From the NCBI GenBank assembly GCA_966248875.1, contig CBINBI010000011.1:1287-65286 (forward strand): 64,000 nt of DNA. Reading direction: 5' to 3'. Shown here one piece after another: positions 48,050-57,996 of this stretch. Numbering within the stretch: the first letter of the stretch is position 1; every line of letters starts with the position of its first letter. The notes under the pieces were generated by a model, which saw only the letters and a list, made by a program, of their open reading frames with translations, was not told the DNA's origin and made no database searches. Origin of the DNA: an uncultured Rhodanobacteraceae bacterium. Its GTDB lineage: Bacteria > Pseudomonadota > Gammaproteobacteria > Xanthomonadales > Rhodanobacteraceae. A program made the translations under genes and the position numbers.

Positions 48050-49510
48050 ATGACCGTCCTCCGTCCGCAACTGCGCGGGCTCGTCTCCAAGCTGGCGCTG
48101 TTCTATGTGCTGCTGTCGCTGCCGACGCTGGTCATCGTCGAGTCGGCGATCCTGATCTACGAGTTCGCGCACTTCATGCGCGGCGTCAACGAAGGCAGTC
48201 TCGAACGCGCCGTCGAGCGGGGTGCCGCGGAGCTCGCGGCGCGATGGCAGCACCTGCGCGACGGCGGCGAATCCGACCCGGTCGCGCTGGAGACCTGGCT
48301 CGACGGCTGGGTGCTGCGCCTGCAGCAGCCGCGCGGCGGGCTCACGCCGGACGAATCCTACGTGCTGATGGAACTCGCCGACGCGCCGCTCGCCGCGGCG
48401 ATCGTCGCGCCCGACGGACGCGAGCTGGCGCGCTCGCGCGGCGACGGGCACTGGACGCCGGCCATGCCGACACAGGACGAGATCGCGCGCGCGGCCGCAA
48501 GCGCCGATGGCGCGGCGGTTCGCCTCGCCGGCGAGGAAACTCCCCATCGCATCCGGCGCGCGATAGTGCCGCTGCGCGATGCATCGGGCGCGCTGCTCGG
48601 CCTCCTCTTCGTCGAGTTGCGCCTGCCGCTGCCGTGGCGGCACTTCCTGCTGGATTCGAGCTTCGAATCGCCGACGGTGTTCGCCTTCCTCATCGTGTTC
48701 GGCATCGCCTCGTCGATCTTTCTCGCCTGGTGGGTCACGCGCCGGCTGAACCATGTCGCGCGTGCCGCGACGGCGTGGAGCCGCGGCGATTTCTCCGACC
48801 GCATCGGCGACCGCTCGCGCGACGAGCTCGGCGGCCTGTCCTCGCTGCTGGACCGCATGGCACTCGACCTGCGCGGACTGATGCGCTCGCGCGCGCAGCT
48901 CGCGACGCTCGCCGAGCGCCAGCGCCTCGCGCGCGACCTGCACGACACGGTCAAGCAGAAGGCGTTCGCGCTGAACCTCCAGCTCGCGACGGCGCGCCGC
49001 CTGATCGGCGAGGCGCCCGGCGCCGAGCGCCTCGATCAGGCGCAGCGCCTGACCCAGCAGATCCAGCAGGAGCTGGCGCAGATCCTCGACGAGCTGCGCG
49101 CATCGGACACCGAGCTGCCGCTGGTCGAGCGCCTGCGCGAGCGCGCGATCGAGTGGTCGCACACCAGCGGCATCGCGCCCGAGCTCGTCCTCGACGACCT
49201 GCCGCCGCTGTCGCCCGCCGAAGAAGAATCGCTGCTGCGCATCGTCGACGAGGCGCTCGCCAACGTGCTGCGCCACGCGGGCGCCACGCAGCTCCAGATC
49301 TCGCTCCGCCGCGAGGCGGATCGGGTCTGCCTCGCGATCGTCGATAATGGCCGCGGCATCGCGACCGACCACGCGTCCGGCATGGGGCTCAGCAACATGC
49401 GCGGGCGCGCCGAGGCGCTTCCGGGCGGCCGCTTCGAGCTCGACGCGGCCGCCGGCCAGGGCACGCGTGTGGCCGTCAGTTTCACAGTCGTGGAGAACAC
49501 CAACGCATGA
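48050..49510 (+). CDS. Sensor histidine kinase (HisKA_3/NarX-like) with two TM segments, a periplasmic region and HAMP
   Basis: H-box ERQRLARDLHDTVKQKAF. N-box IVDEALANVLRHAG. G-box DNGRGI...GMGLSNMRGRAEAL. HAMP WWVTRRLNHVARAATAWSRGDF. Start at internal ATG 48050. Confidence 0.88.
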   Translation: MTVLRPQLRGLVSKLALFYVLLSLPTLVIVESAILIYEFAHFMRGVNEGSLERAVERGAAELAARWQHLRDGGESDPVALETWLDGWVLRLQQPRGGLTPDESYVLMELADAPLAAAIVAPDGRELARSRGDGHWTPAMPTQDEIARAAASADGAAVRLAGEETPHRIRRAIVPLRDASGALLGLLFVELRLPLPWRHFLLDSSFESPTVFAFLIVFGIASSIFLAWWVTRRLNHVARAATAWSRGDFSDRIGDRSRDELGGLSSLLDRMALDLRGLMRSRAQLATLAERQRLARDLHDTVKQKAFALNLQLATARRLIGEAPGAERLDQAQRLTQQIQQELAQILDELRASDTELPLVERLRERAIEWSHTSGIAPELVLDDLPPLSPAEEESLLRIVDEALANVLRHAGATQLQISLRREADRVCLAIVDNGRGIATDHASGMGLSNMRGRAEALPGGRFELDAAAGQGTRVAVSFTVVENTNA

Positions 49511-50169
49511 ACGCGCCCGTTTCCAAGATCCGCGTCGTCATCGCGGACGACCACGTGCTCGTGCGCCAGGGCATCCGCGCCTTCCTCGAGACGCACGCCG
49601 ACCTAGCCATCGTCGGCGAGGCGGAGGATGCCGACGGCGTAGCGGCGCTCTGTGCGAAGCACCATCCCGACGTCGCGCTGGTCGATCTCGTCATGCCGGG
49701 CGGCGGCATCGAGGCGACGCGCAGCATCCGTTCCGTCAGCCCGGCGACGCAGGTCGTCCTGCTGACTTCGTTCGAGGATGCCCAGCAGATCGTCGCAGCC
49801 GTGCAGGCCGGTGCGCTGTCGTGCCTTCTGAAGGACGTGGACGCCGATGCGCTCGCCGAAGCGCTGCGCAAGGCGGCCGGCGGCGAGGCCGTGCTCCACC
49901 CGCGCGTCGCGGCGCGCCTGATGGACGCGCTGCGCAAGGGGCCGACGCCGGGCAGCGAAGTGCTGGAATCGCTGAGCCAGCGCGAGCGCGAAGTCCTCGC
50001 GCTCATCGCCGAAGGCCTCAGCAACCAGCAGATCGCCGAGCGGCTCGGCATTGGCGAGAAGACCGTCAAGACGCACGTCAGCAACGTGCTCGGCAAGCTC
50101 AACGTCAGCGACCGCACGCAGGCTGCGGTGTATGCGTGGAAGAGCGGCTTGAAGCAGCGCGAAGGCTAG
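49507..50169 (+). CDS. NarL/FixJ-family response regulator (REC + LuxR HTH)
   Basis: IRVVIADDHVLVRQG, DVALVDLVMPGG, LLTSF and C-terminal LSQREREVLALIAEGLSNQQIAERLGIGEKTVKTHVSNVLGKL. ATGA overlap with the kinase gene. Confidence 0.93.
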   Translation: MNAPVSKIRVVIADDHVLVRQGIRAFLETHADLAIVGEAEDADGVAALCAKHHPDVALVDLVMPGGGIEATRSIRSVSPATQVVLLTSFEDAQQIVAAVQAGALSCLLKDVDADALAEALRKAAGGEAVLHPRVAARLMDALRKGPTPGSEVLESLSQREREVLALIAEGLSNQQIAERLGIGEKTVKTHVSNVLGKLNVSDRTQAAVYAWKSGLKQREG

Positions 50170-50276
50170 GCGCTTCGCCCGCGAACGGCCCCGATCTCCG
50201 CCTGAATTCCGTACGAGCCCACCCCGGCAACGTCTCCGCCGTCGTCGATCATGCACGCGACGACAGGGGGACGATC

Positions 50277-51320
50277 ATGAACACGACGACTGCGCTCGCG
50301 CGCTCACGCAACGGGCTCGCCGCGCTCTCCGCGGCGGTCTGCTCAACCGCCTGGTTACCGGCAACGGCAGCGGACACCGCGCCTTCCGCACCGACGCCGC
50401 AAGCCGTGGCGACCTCGCTCGAAGGACGGCTCATCGTCGCCGGCATGACTTTCTATCGGATCGCGCGCGTCGAATCCATCGACGACGCGGAAGGCAGCGG
50501 GACGCTGCACGCGGAAGGCGATCCACTGTTTCCGGTCGAATACCTGAAGCCGGAGACGAACGAGAACGGGCGCATTTCCTACGAAGTCGGCCCGCCGGAC
50601 GATGCCAAGTGCGGTGTCACCGGCATGGGCACGCGCATCGACACCCGCGACTTCGCGGTATTCCACCAGGGCCGCTTCGTGCCGCCGGCGGAAGCGTTCG
50701 GGGGTGACTCGTTCCGCTCGCCCGATATGCCGTCCGGCCGCGTCACGCCTGCCGTGCTGCAGAAGCTCGAGGCCTGTGGGAAGAAGCTGGCAAAGATCGG
50801 CGATGCGATGCCCTTCCGCAGGATCGGCCTCTACGCGCACGGCCAGCTCGTCACCGAAGTCGCGCGCACGCTGTCCTCTTCGGCGTTCTTCGAGGAATTT
50901 CCCGGCGACGACGAAATCGCGAAGATGAGCCACGTCGCGATCACGCCGAAGGACGGGCGCTCGCTGGACGATTTCGAGGTCGAAGTGCGCCTCGTGTCCG
51001 TGATGCACTGCGATTACGAAGGACCGCACATCGAGCTCGACGAGTGGAAACATGGCGAAAGCCCGGCCATGCGCTTGAAGCGAAGCGAAGACCGGTTCGT
51101 CATCGGGGTCGACGTGCTCGCAGCGCCGATGCCGGCATTCCCCGCGTACACCGAAACCGAGTTGCGGCAGGCGGTCGCGCGCCACTTCGGCGAAGACGGC
51201 CTAGCCACCGAGGCCGAGTACACGCCCTGCGCTCCGTACCTGCGCGGCTACGAGTTCACGGTACGTTACCGGGCCAGGCCGGTGCAGGAAATCTTCGTCG
51301 CGAACGCCGGCGGCTGCTGA
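50277..51320 (+). CDS. Secreted hypothetical protein (347 aa), family not recognised
   Basis: Signal-like MNTTTALARSRNGLAALSAAVCSTAWLPATAAD. AGGGGG lies upstream of ATG 50277. Third-position GC is coding-like. No recognised motifs. Confidence 0.6.
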   Translation: MNTTTALARSRNGLAALSAAVCSTAWLPATAADTAPSAPTPQAVATSLEGRLIVAGMTFYRIARVESIDDAEGSGTLHAEGDPLFPVEYLKPETNENGRISYEVGPPDDAKCGVTGMGTRIDTRDFAVFHQGRFVPPAEAFGGDSFRSPDMPSGRVTPAVLQKLEACGKKLAKIGDAMPFRRIGLYAHGQLVTEVARTLSSSAFFEEFPGDDEIAKMSHVAITPKDGRSLDDFEVEVRLVSVMHCDYEGPHIELDEWKHGESPAMRLKRSEDRFVIGVDVLAAPMPAFPAYTETELRQAVARHFGEDGLATEAEYTPCAPYLRGYEFTVRYRARPVQEIFVANAGGC

Positions 51321-51381
51321 ATCTTTCCTCCGCCTCGGGCAGCGATAGAATCGCGGCGCGAGGGCCGGACCGGGAGGAATC

Positions 51382-52278
51382 ATGCGACACATCCTGTTGC
51401 GGACGCTGCTCGTCATCGCCGCCGTCCTGCTCGCGGCCGTCGTCTTCGTGTATGCACGCAGCGAGATCGCCCTGCGCCACATCTGGCGCATCGACGAGGC
51501 TGCGCTGCCGATCCCCGCCGATGCCGACGCGATCGCGCGCGGCGAGCACATCGCCATCACGCGCGGCTGCACGGAATGCCACGGGGCCGATTTCGGCGGG
51601 CGCGTCGTCATGGAGGCGCCGGCCATCGGCCGCATGGCCGCGCCGAACATCACGCACGGGCAAGGCGGGCTGCCGGCGGATTTCGGCGATGCGGACTGGG
51701 AGCATGCGATCCGGCACGGCATCCGGCCCGACGGCCAGGCGCTCTTGTTCATGCCGATCCGCGACTTCGCCGCGCTCACCGACGCCGACACGGCGGACCT
51801 GATCGCCTACGCGAAACAGCGGCCGCCGGTGGATCGCAAGCTCCCGCCGAGTGTCATCGGCCCGGTGGGCCGGGCGTTGTTCGCCTTCGGCAAGCTGCCC
51901 ATGGTGGAAGCGCGTCTGATCGACCAGCACGCGCCGCACACTTCACGCGTCGAGCGAGCGGCGACGGCCGAATACGGGCGTTATCTCGCGAATGCGTGCA
52001 CCGGCTGTCACGGCGAGCATTTTTCCGGCGGGCCGATACCCGGCGTGCCGCCGGACTTCGCCGTGCCGGCGAACATCACGCCGGATGCCGAGACCGGCAT
52101 CGGCGCGTGGACCAAGGACGATTTCTACCGGGTGTTCCGCGAAGGCAAGCGCAGCGACGGCAAGCCGGTAGACCCGTTCATGCCGTGGCAGGCGCTCGGG
52201 CATTTCACCGACACCGAGCTGGACGCGCTGTGGATGTATCTGCGCAGCCTGCCGGCGCGGCCGAAGGGTCAGCGCTGA
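51382..52278 (+). CDS. Membrane-anchored dihaem c-type cytochrome
   Basis: N-terminal TM LLRTLLVIAAVLLAAVVFVYA. Two haem-binding motifs, CTECHG and CTGCHG. Confidence 0.85.
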   Translation: MRHILLRTLLVIAAVLLAAVVFVYARSEIALRHIWRIDEAALPIPADADAIARGEHIAITRGCTECHGADFGGRVVMEAPAIGRMAAPNITHGQGGLPADFGDADWEHAIRHGIRPDGQALLFMPIRDFAALTDADTADLIAYAKQRPPVDRKLPPSVIGPVGRALFAFGKLPMVEARLIDQHAPHTSRVERAATAEYGRYLANACTGCHGEHFSGGPIPGVPPDFAVPANITPDAETGIGAWTKDDFYRVFREGKRSDGKPVDPFMPWQALGHFTDTELDALWMYLRSLPARPKGQR

Positions 52279-52296
52279 TTCGAGCCTTCCGGCGAA

Positions 52297-52749
52297 CTAC
52301 TGAAGCACCTTGTGCAGCACGAGCTGCACCTTGTTCCGCGCGTAGCCTTCGCGCTCGTAGAACGCGTGCGCGCGCTCGCGCGTGTCGCGGCTGCGAACAC
52401 GGATGCGCACGCAGCCCTGCGAGCGCGCCCATTCTTCCGCCGCGCGGACCAGCGCGGCACCGATGCCAGCGCCGCGGGCGGATTCTTCGACGACGAGCCC
52501 GAGGATCTCGGCACTCGGGTCCTCCGTGAGCTGTGCGCGCGCCGCGACGTGCAGCCAGCCGGCGACGCGCCCTTCGCGGTCCTCGGCGACCAGGACGCGG
52601 CTCGCCGGCTCGGACTCGATGCCGGCGAGCCGGGTCGCGATCTGCTGGCGCGTCGCCGGGTAGCCGAGTTGCGCACAAAGTTGCGCGATCGCAGCGGCAT
52701 CGTAGGTGCGCGCAGCGCGGATCGTGCTCATGCGGGTCATCGCCGTCAT
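52297..52749 (-). CDS. GNAT family N-acetyltransferase
   Basis: IRAARTYDAAAIAQLC..., LVVEESARGAGIGAALVRAAEEWARSQGC..., AHAFYEREGY. Confidence 0.85.
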   Translation of the reverse strand: MTAMTRMSTIRAARTYDAAAIAQLCAQLGYPATRQQIATRLAGIESEPASRVLVAEDREGRVAGWLHVAARAQLTEDPSAEILGLVVEESARGAGIGAALVRAAEEWARSQGCVRIRVRSRDTRERAHAFYEREGYARNKVQLVLHKVLQ

Positions 52750-52821
52750 GCCGACGAGGCTAGCGCGCGTACCGGCGCGAAATCGGCCGCGCAGGTGGCA
52801 GGCACGTGGCGCGGCCGCACG

Positions 52822-54318
52822 TCAGCAGCAGCCGTCGCCGCCTTTCACCGTGTGCGCATTCGAAGCGGCCACGCCGCGCGTGAGCCCGGCCTCCGATGCG
52901 CGGTAGTGATCGGCGACGACGTGCGCGACGCACATCGACATGCGCTTGCCGGTCGGGATGTGCAGGAACTCGTTTGGCCCGTGCGCGTTCGAGTGCGGCC
53001 CGAGCACGCCGGTGATGAGAAACTGCGCGCCCGGAAACTTCTCGCCGAGCATGCCCATGAACGGGATCGAGCCGCCCTCGCCGTTGTAGGCGACCGGCGC
53101 GCCGAAGAACCGGCGCGAAGCCTCGTCGACCGAGGCTTCGAGCCACGGCGCGAGCTCCGGCGCGTTCCAGCCGCTGCCGGCTTTTTCGAGCTCGAAGCTG
53201 ATCCTGGCGCCGTACGGCGGATCGCTTTCGAGCAGGCGCTTGACGAATTCGCCGCCCTTGACCGCGTCGAGCGTCGGCGGCACGCGCAGCGAGAGCTTGA
53301 CCGCGGTGTACGGCCGCAGCACGTTGCCCGCCGAATCGAGCGGCGGCAGACCGCCGACTCCGGTGATCGACAGCGCCGGCCGCCACGTGCGGTTCAGCAC
53401 GAGCTCCGAGAGATCGGCCGCCATCGGCTGCATGCCGTCGACCAGCGGGAACTTCGCGTAGACGGCGTCGCCCAGGATCTCGGCCGTGCGCTTCGCCTGG
53501 GCGACGCGCTGCGCCGGAATCTCGACGTAGAGCTCCTTCGGCTTGATCGCGCCGGTGACTTCATCCTCGAGCCGCGACAGCACCTGGCGCAGGATGCGGA
53601 AGCTCGACGCGACGACACCGGACGCATCGCCCGAGTGCACGCCCTCCTCCAGCACCTGGACGACCAGGTTGCCGCCGGTCATGCCGCGCAGCGAGGTCGT
53701 CAGCCAGAGCTGATCGTAGTTGCCGCAGCCCGAATCGAGGCAGACGATCAGGGACGGCTTGCCGATGCGCGCGGCGAGATGATCGACGTAGTACGGCAGG
53801 TCGTAGCTGCCGGATTCCTCGCAGGCCTCGATCATCACGACGCAGCGCGCATGTGGGATGTCCTGGGCCTCCAGCGCCATGATCGCGGCGAGAGAGCCGA
53901 ACAACGCGTAGCCGTCGTCGGCGCCGCCGCGGCCATACAGCCTGTCGCCTTCGATCACCGGCTTCCAGGGGCCGAGATGCGCCGACCAGCCCGTCATCTC
54001 CGGCTGCTTGTCCAGGTGGCCGTAGAGGAGAACGGTGTCCTCGCCCTCGCCGCTGCCGCGCCGCGAGGCCGGAATCTCGATGAAGATCAGCGGCGTGCGG
54101 CCGGGCAGGCGCACGACTTCGAGCTGCATGCCCGGAATCGGCTGCGCACGCGCCCAGGCTTCCATGAGCGCGACGGCGCGGTCCATGTGGCCGTGCTCGA
54201 CCCATTGCGCGTCGAACATCGGCGACTTGTTCGGGATGCGGATGTACTCGGTCAACTGCGGAACGATCTCCTCGTCCCACAGGCCGCCCACGAAACCGCT
54301 GAGTGCTGTCGAATCCAT
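52822..54318 (-). CDS. M20-family metallopeptidase (dipeptidase-like)
   Basis: LTEYIRIPNKSP, LLYGHLDKQPE, GRGGADDGYA, IEACEESGS and HSNAHGPNEF. 498 aa. Confidence 0.85.
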   Translation of the reverse strand: MDSTALSGFVGGLWDEEIVPQLTEYIRIPNKSPMFDAQWVEHGHMDRAVALMEAWARAQPIPGMQLEVVRLPGRTPLIFIEIPASRRGSGEGEDTVLLYGHLDKQPEMTGWSAHLGPWKPVIEGDRLYGRGGADDGYALFGSLAAIMALEAQDIPHARCVVMIEACEESGSYDLPYYVDHLAARIGKPSLIVCLDSGCGNYDQLWLTTSLRGMTGGNLVVQVLEEGVHSGDASGVVASSFRILRQVLSRLEDEVTGAIKPKELYVEIPAQRVAQAKRTAEILGDAVYAKFPLVDGMQPMAADLSELVLNRTWRPALSITGVGGLPPLDSAGNVLRPYTAVKLSLRVPPTLDAVKGGEFVKRLLESDPPYGARISFELEKAGSGWNAPELAPWLEASVDEASRRFFGAPVAYNGEGGSIPFMGMLGEKFPGAQFLITGVLGPHSNAHGPNEFLHIPTGKRMSMCVAHVVADHYRASEAGLTRGVAASNAHTVKGGDGCC

Positions 54319-54520
54319 CGTGTGAACCGCTCGTCGTAGCGCAAGAGGGCGAAGTCTAGCGCAGGCGGCGTCCGCGCCTCCTGTAGGAAATGTCCTACAA
54401 CGACGATCGCCGATCGCGGACTCGTCCCTTCGCGTCTATGCGCTGCCGGCCAGCGGCCGCGGCCTTTACGCTGTGCCATGTCCGCGCAGCCCGCGCCTCG
54501 TCAGTCCATCCGATCCTTAA

Positions 54521-54838
54521 ATGAAGTTCATCGTTCGCATTTTTCTCCTCGCCGCGCTTGCGCTCGCATGGCCCGCGCTTGCCGCGACGCAGGTCGACAT
54601 CAATACCGCCGATGCCAAGACGCTGGCGCAATCGCTCGACGGCGTCGGCCTCGTCAAGGCCGAGGCCATCGTCGCCTACCGCGAGACGCACGGGCCGTTC
54701 AGGAGCATCGAGGACCTCGCCCGCGTCAAGGGCATCGGCCCGCGCATCATCGAGGCCAATCGCGACGCGATCGTGTTCGGCAAGCCGCCGGCGGCGGGCG
54801 CACCGCGCAGCTCCTCGCACTCGCTCGCGACCTGGTGA
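54521..54838 (+). CDS. ComEA-family helix-hairpin-helix DNA-binding periplasmic protein
   Basis: Signal MKFIVRIFLLAALALAWPALA, then VDINTADAKTLAQSLDGVGLVKAEAIVAYRETHGPFRSIEDLARVKGIGPRIIE. Confidence 0.85.
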   Translation: MKFIVRIFLLAALALAWPALAATQVDINTADAKTLAQSLDGVGLVKAEAIVAYRETHGPFRSIEDLARVKGIGPRIIEANRDAIVFGKPPAAGAPRSSSHSLATW

Positions 54839-54959
54839 CGGCAGCGCGGGCGAAAAAAGCGCGCGATCGCGCGCCGCGCATTGCGCTTTCGATCGCCCGG
54901 CCTCGCGGCCGGACCCGCTCGTTCTGCTAGACTGCGCGCCCGCCAACGGCGGTGCGCAG

Positions 54960-55421
54960 ATGATCATTCCCCGTTACCACATCGGCCCATCGAGGATCGC
55001 GGGCGCCGGGAAAGGCTTGTTTCTCGACGAGCCGGTCCGACGCGGCCGCGTCATCGTCGCACCGGACGCGATTGCCCACGTGCACTCGTTCGACGAGATC
55101 GCGCACCGGCCGGACGCCGAATCGCTGCTGCCCGCGACCGTGCGCTGGTTCGAGGAGGCGTACACCGTGACGCCCGAATGGCCCGATGAGTGCTACGTGA
55201 ACCACGCGTTCGCGCCGACGGGCCTTTGGCACCTCGGCTTCGTCTTCGCCGCCGGCGATCTCGATGCGGGCACCGAGCTCACTGTCGACTACCGCCACCT
55301 GCTCGCTCCGGGACAGGAAGAAGCCTTCCGCGACGCCGTCAGCGGTGAGCGCATCGTCGGCTTCAGCTGGGAAGAGAGCCTGCGCTCCTCGACGCGCGCG
55401 CTGGCCGGCCTCGTCGCCTGA
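54960..55421 (+). CDS. Second, divergent SET-domain-like protein (no post-SET cysteines)
   Basis: 153 aa from ATG 54960. SRIAGAGKGLFLDEPVRRGRVI (GxG), CYVNHAFAPTG (degenerate NHSxxPN), GTELTVDY. Confidence 0.6.
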   Translation: MIIPRYHIGPSRIAGAGKGLFLDEPVRRGRVIVAPDAIAHVHSFDEIAHRPDAESLLPATVRWFEEAYTVTPEWPDECYVNHAFAPTGLWHLGFVFAAGDLDAGTELTVDYRHLLAPGQEEAFRDAVSGERIVGFSWEESLRSSTRALAGLVA

Positions 55422-55433
55422 TTCGTCTTTGCG

Positions 55434-55958
55434 ATGGTCGATATTCCGGTCCTCGAAACCGAACGTCTGCGTCTCGTCGCGTTCGCGGAGCGCCACTTCG
55501 AGGCGTATGCGTCGATGCTCGCCGATCCCGAAAGCACGCGCTTCGTCGGCGACGGCGAGCCGCTCGACCGCATGAACGCGTGGCGCTCCATGGCGATGCT
55601 GCTCGGCCACTGGGTGCTGCGCGGCTTCGGCATGTGGGCGATGGAGCGCAAGGATTCCGGCCGTTTCGTCGGCCGTGTCGGCCTGCACCAGCCCGAAGGC
55701 TGGCCCGACCTCGAGCTCGGCTGGATGCTGATGCCGGACGAGCGCCGCCAGGGCTATGCGACGGAAGGCGCGCGCGCGGCGCTCGATTTCGCGTTCGGCC
55801 GGCTGAACGCGCAGCGCCTGGTCAGCCTCATCCGCGTCGACAACACGGCGGCCGAGCGTGTCGCGCGGCGCCTCGGCGGCCGACAGGCCACGACGATCGA
55901 CTTTCTCGGCGGCGCGACGCTGGTCTACGTCTATCATCCGCCCGAAGCGGACGACTGA
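55434..55958 (+). CDS. GNAT acetyltransferase (RimJ/RimL-like)
   Basis: LETERLRLVAFAERHFEAYASMLADPE..., WAMERKDSGRFVGRVGL, RRQGYATEGARAALDFAF. Confidence 0.85.
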   Translation: MVDIPVLETERLRLVAFAERHFEAYASMLADPESTRFVGDGEPLDRMNAWRSMAMLLGHWVLRGFGMWAMERKDSGRFVGRVGLHQPEGWPDLELGWMLMPDERRQGYATEGARAALDFAFGRLNAQRLVSLIRVDNTAAERVARRLGGRQATTIDFLGGATLVYVYHPPEADD

Positions 55959-56001
55959 GCAGCGGCGTGTGCCGCGCCGCGAATCCGAGGGCACGGTTCC
56001 G

Positions 56002-56622
56002 ATGATCCGACTGACGCTGCTCAAGGCATCCGCGGGCCGGCGCGTGCGCTGGAAGAACGACGGCGGCTGGACCACCGAGATTGCACGCGATCCCGCCGAC
56101 TCCGCCGCGGAGTTCCGCTGGCGCGTCAGCATCGCCGACATCGAAGCCGACGGGCCGTTCTCGGAATTCCCGGACATCGAGCGCGAGCTGATACTGCTCG
56201 CCGGCAACGGCATCGAGCTCGACATCGGCGACGAACCGCCGCTGCGCCTCGGCGAGCGCTTCCAGCGCGCGCGCTTCGCCGGCGAAGCGCAGGTCGAGTG
56301 CCGACTGATCGCCGGCCCCACGCGCGACTTCAACGTCATGACACGCCGCGGCGACGTCCGGGCCGAGCTGCTGGCGCGCCCGCTGGTGGGCTCGATGGTG
56401 CTGTTCGCGGAAACGGATGTCGTGTGGATCGTTCACGCGCTGTCGGGTCGAGCCGAAGCGCGTGCGGGCGATGCGGAGGCGGCGATCGAGCCCGGCGACA
56501 CGCTGCGCATCGACTTCGGCCGTGATCCGGGCCGCGTGGTCATCGAAGGCAGCGGCGAGATCGTGCTGGTCAAGCTCTCGCCCGCGGACGAGCACAACGG
56601 CGAAGCCCCGCCCGGCCCCTGA
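56002..56622 (+). CDS. HutD/Ves-family protein
   Basis: RWKNDGGWTTEIA..., FRWRVSIADIEADGPFSEFPDIERELILL, FNVMTRRG; matches the recalled HutD pattern. Start at internal ATG 56002. Confidence 0.7.
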   Translation: MIRLTLLKASAGRRVRWKNDGGWTTEIARDPADSAAEFRWRVSIADIEADGPFSEFPDIERELILLAGNGIELDIGDEPPLRLGERFQRARFAGEAQVECRLIAGPTRDFNVMTRRGDVRAELLARPLVGSMVLFAETDVVWIVHALSGRAEARAGDAEAAIEPGDTLRIDFGRDPGRVVIEGSGEIVLVKLSPADEHNGEAPPGP

Positions 56623-56639
56623 TTGCAGCGCGCGCGCCG

Positions 56640-57296
56640 CTACGTCGCCGCCCGCGTCTCGGCCGCGCGGCGCAGCCAGTATGCTGCCTCGTGGCCGCGG
56701 CCTGTTTCGAGCAGCACCGAAGCCAGGCTGCGCTGGCCGCGAAAATCACCGGCCTCGGCCGACCTCCGGTACCAGCGATACGCCGCGGCCGCGTCGGCTT
56801 CGACACCGAGCCCTTCCTCGTAGCAGCGCCCTACCAGATTCATCGACTTCGCGTGGCCGCGCTCGGCCGCGCGCAGGTACCACGCGAACGCGCGCGCCGG
56901 ATCGCGCCGGGTGCCGCGTCCGGTGGCGAGCAGGTTGGCGTAGTTGTACATACCCCAGAGCGAGCCGCATTCCGCCGCGCGCCGATACCAGGCCGCGGCG
57001 AGCTCGGCGTTCGCTGGCGCCCCATGGCCGAGTTCGTGACAGCGTCCGACCATGTTCATGGCCTCGGCATGGCCGAGATTCGCGGCGAGCGTGTACCAGT
57101 ACAGCCCTGCCGCCGCATCACGCTCGATGCCGCGACCTTCGGAGAGCATCTGCGCGTACAGCACCTGCGACTCGACGTCGCCGCGCCGCGCGAGCCGAAG
57201 CAGCGCCTCGGCGGCTGCGGCGGGATCGGTGCGCAGCAGGCCTGCGAGGTGCTCCGCGTCGGGCGCGACCGCGTCGTCGGCTGCCGCCTCAGACAT
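56640..57296 (-). CDS. Sel1-repeat (SLR/TPR-like) protein
   Basis: About five repeats of the form A-x-x-W-Y-x-x-A-A-x-x-G-x-x-x-A/M ([91 protein letters not shown]). 8-nt overlap with piuC. Confidence 0.88.
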   Translation of the reverse strand: MSEAAADDAVAPDAEHLAGLLRTDPAAAAEALLRLARRGDVESQVLYAQMLSEGRGIERDAAAGLYWYTLAANLGHAEAMNMVGRCHELGHGAPANAELAAAWYRRAAECGSLWGMYNYANLLATGRGTRRDPARAFAWYLRAAERGHAKSMNLVGRCYEEGLGVEADAAAAYRWYRRSAEAGDFRGQRSLASVLLETGRGHEAAYWLRRAAETRAAT

Positions 57297-57975
57297 CCGA
57301 CCACTCGCGCAGCAGGTTGTGGTAGACGCCGGTGAGGCGCACGAGCTCCGGCGCGCCGGGCACGCGCTGCGTCAGCTCCTGGATCGACACGTCGAGATCG
57401 AACAGCATGCGTCGCTGCGCGTCGGAGCGGACGAAGCTCTGGATCCAGAAGAAGGCGGCGACGCGCGCCCCGCGCGTGACCGGGCGCACCTCGTGCAGGC
57501 TCGAACCCGGATAAATGACGAGATCGCCGGCCGGCAGTTTCACGGCGTGCGCGCCGAACGTGTCCTCGATGACGAGCTCGCCGCCGTCGTAGTCCTCGGG
57601 AGACGACAGGAACAGCGTCGCGGAAAGATCCGTGCGCAGCGGCTGCGCGGGATTCGTGGAACGGTCGTAGCGGATCGCGTTGTCGACGTGGCTGCCGAAC
57701 GCTTCGCCGCCCTCGTAGCGGTTGAAGAGCGGCGGATAGATGCGGCGCGGCAGCGCGCCGGCGAAGAAGGTCGGATTGCGTGCCAGCGCATCGAGAATCG
57801 TCGCGCCGAGCTCGCGCGCGACGGGATCGTCCTCGGCGAGCTGCCGGTTGTTCTTCGCAAGCGCGGACAGGTGGCCCGCGGTCACGCGGCCATCGCGCCA
57901 CTCCGCCGCGTCGAGACGCCGGCGGCAGGCCGCCACCTGATCGGCCGTGAGGACATTGGCGACGTGCAGCAGCAT
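57289..57975 (-). CDS. piuC: Fe(II)/2-oxoglutarate-dependent PKHD-type hydroxylase (PiuC/YbiX-like)
   Basis: [34 protein letters not shown]... with facial triad context FGSHVDNA...YPGSSLHEV...R. Confidence 0.85.
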   Translation of the reverse strand: MLLHVANVLTADQVAACRRRLDAAEWRDGRVTAGHLSALAKNNRQLAEDDPVARELGATILDALARNPTFFAGALPRRIYPPLFNRYEGGEAFGSHVDNAIRYDRSTNPAQPLRTDLSATLFLSSPEDYDGGELVIEDTFGAHAVKLPAGDLVIYPGSSLHEVRPVTRGARVAAFFWIQSFVRSDAQRRMLFDLDVSIQELTQRVPGAPELVRLTGVYHNLLREWSDV

Positions 57976-57996
57976 GCAGTCTCGTTTTCCGCCGAT

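Noticed and set aside
52312-54339. 675-aa plus-strand ORF opposite the GNAT and M20 peptidase genes
   Set aside because: Shadow ORF with the same compositional signature. The minus-strand products have recognisable family motifs.
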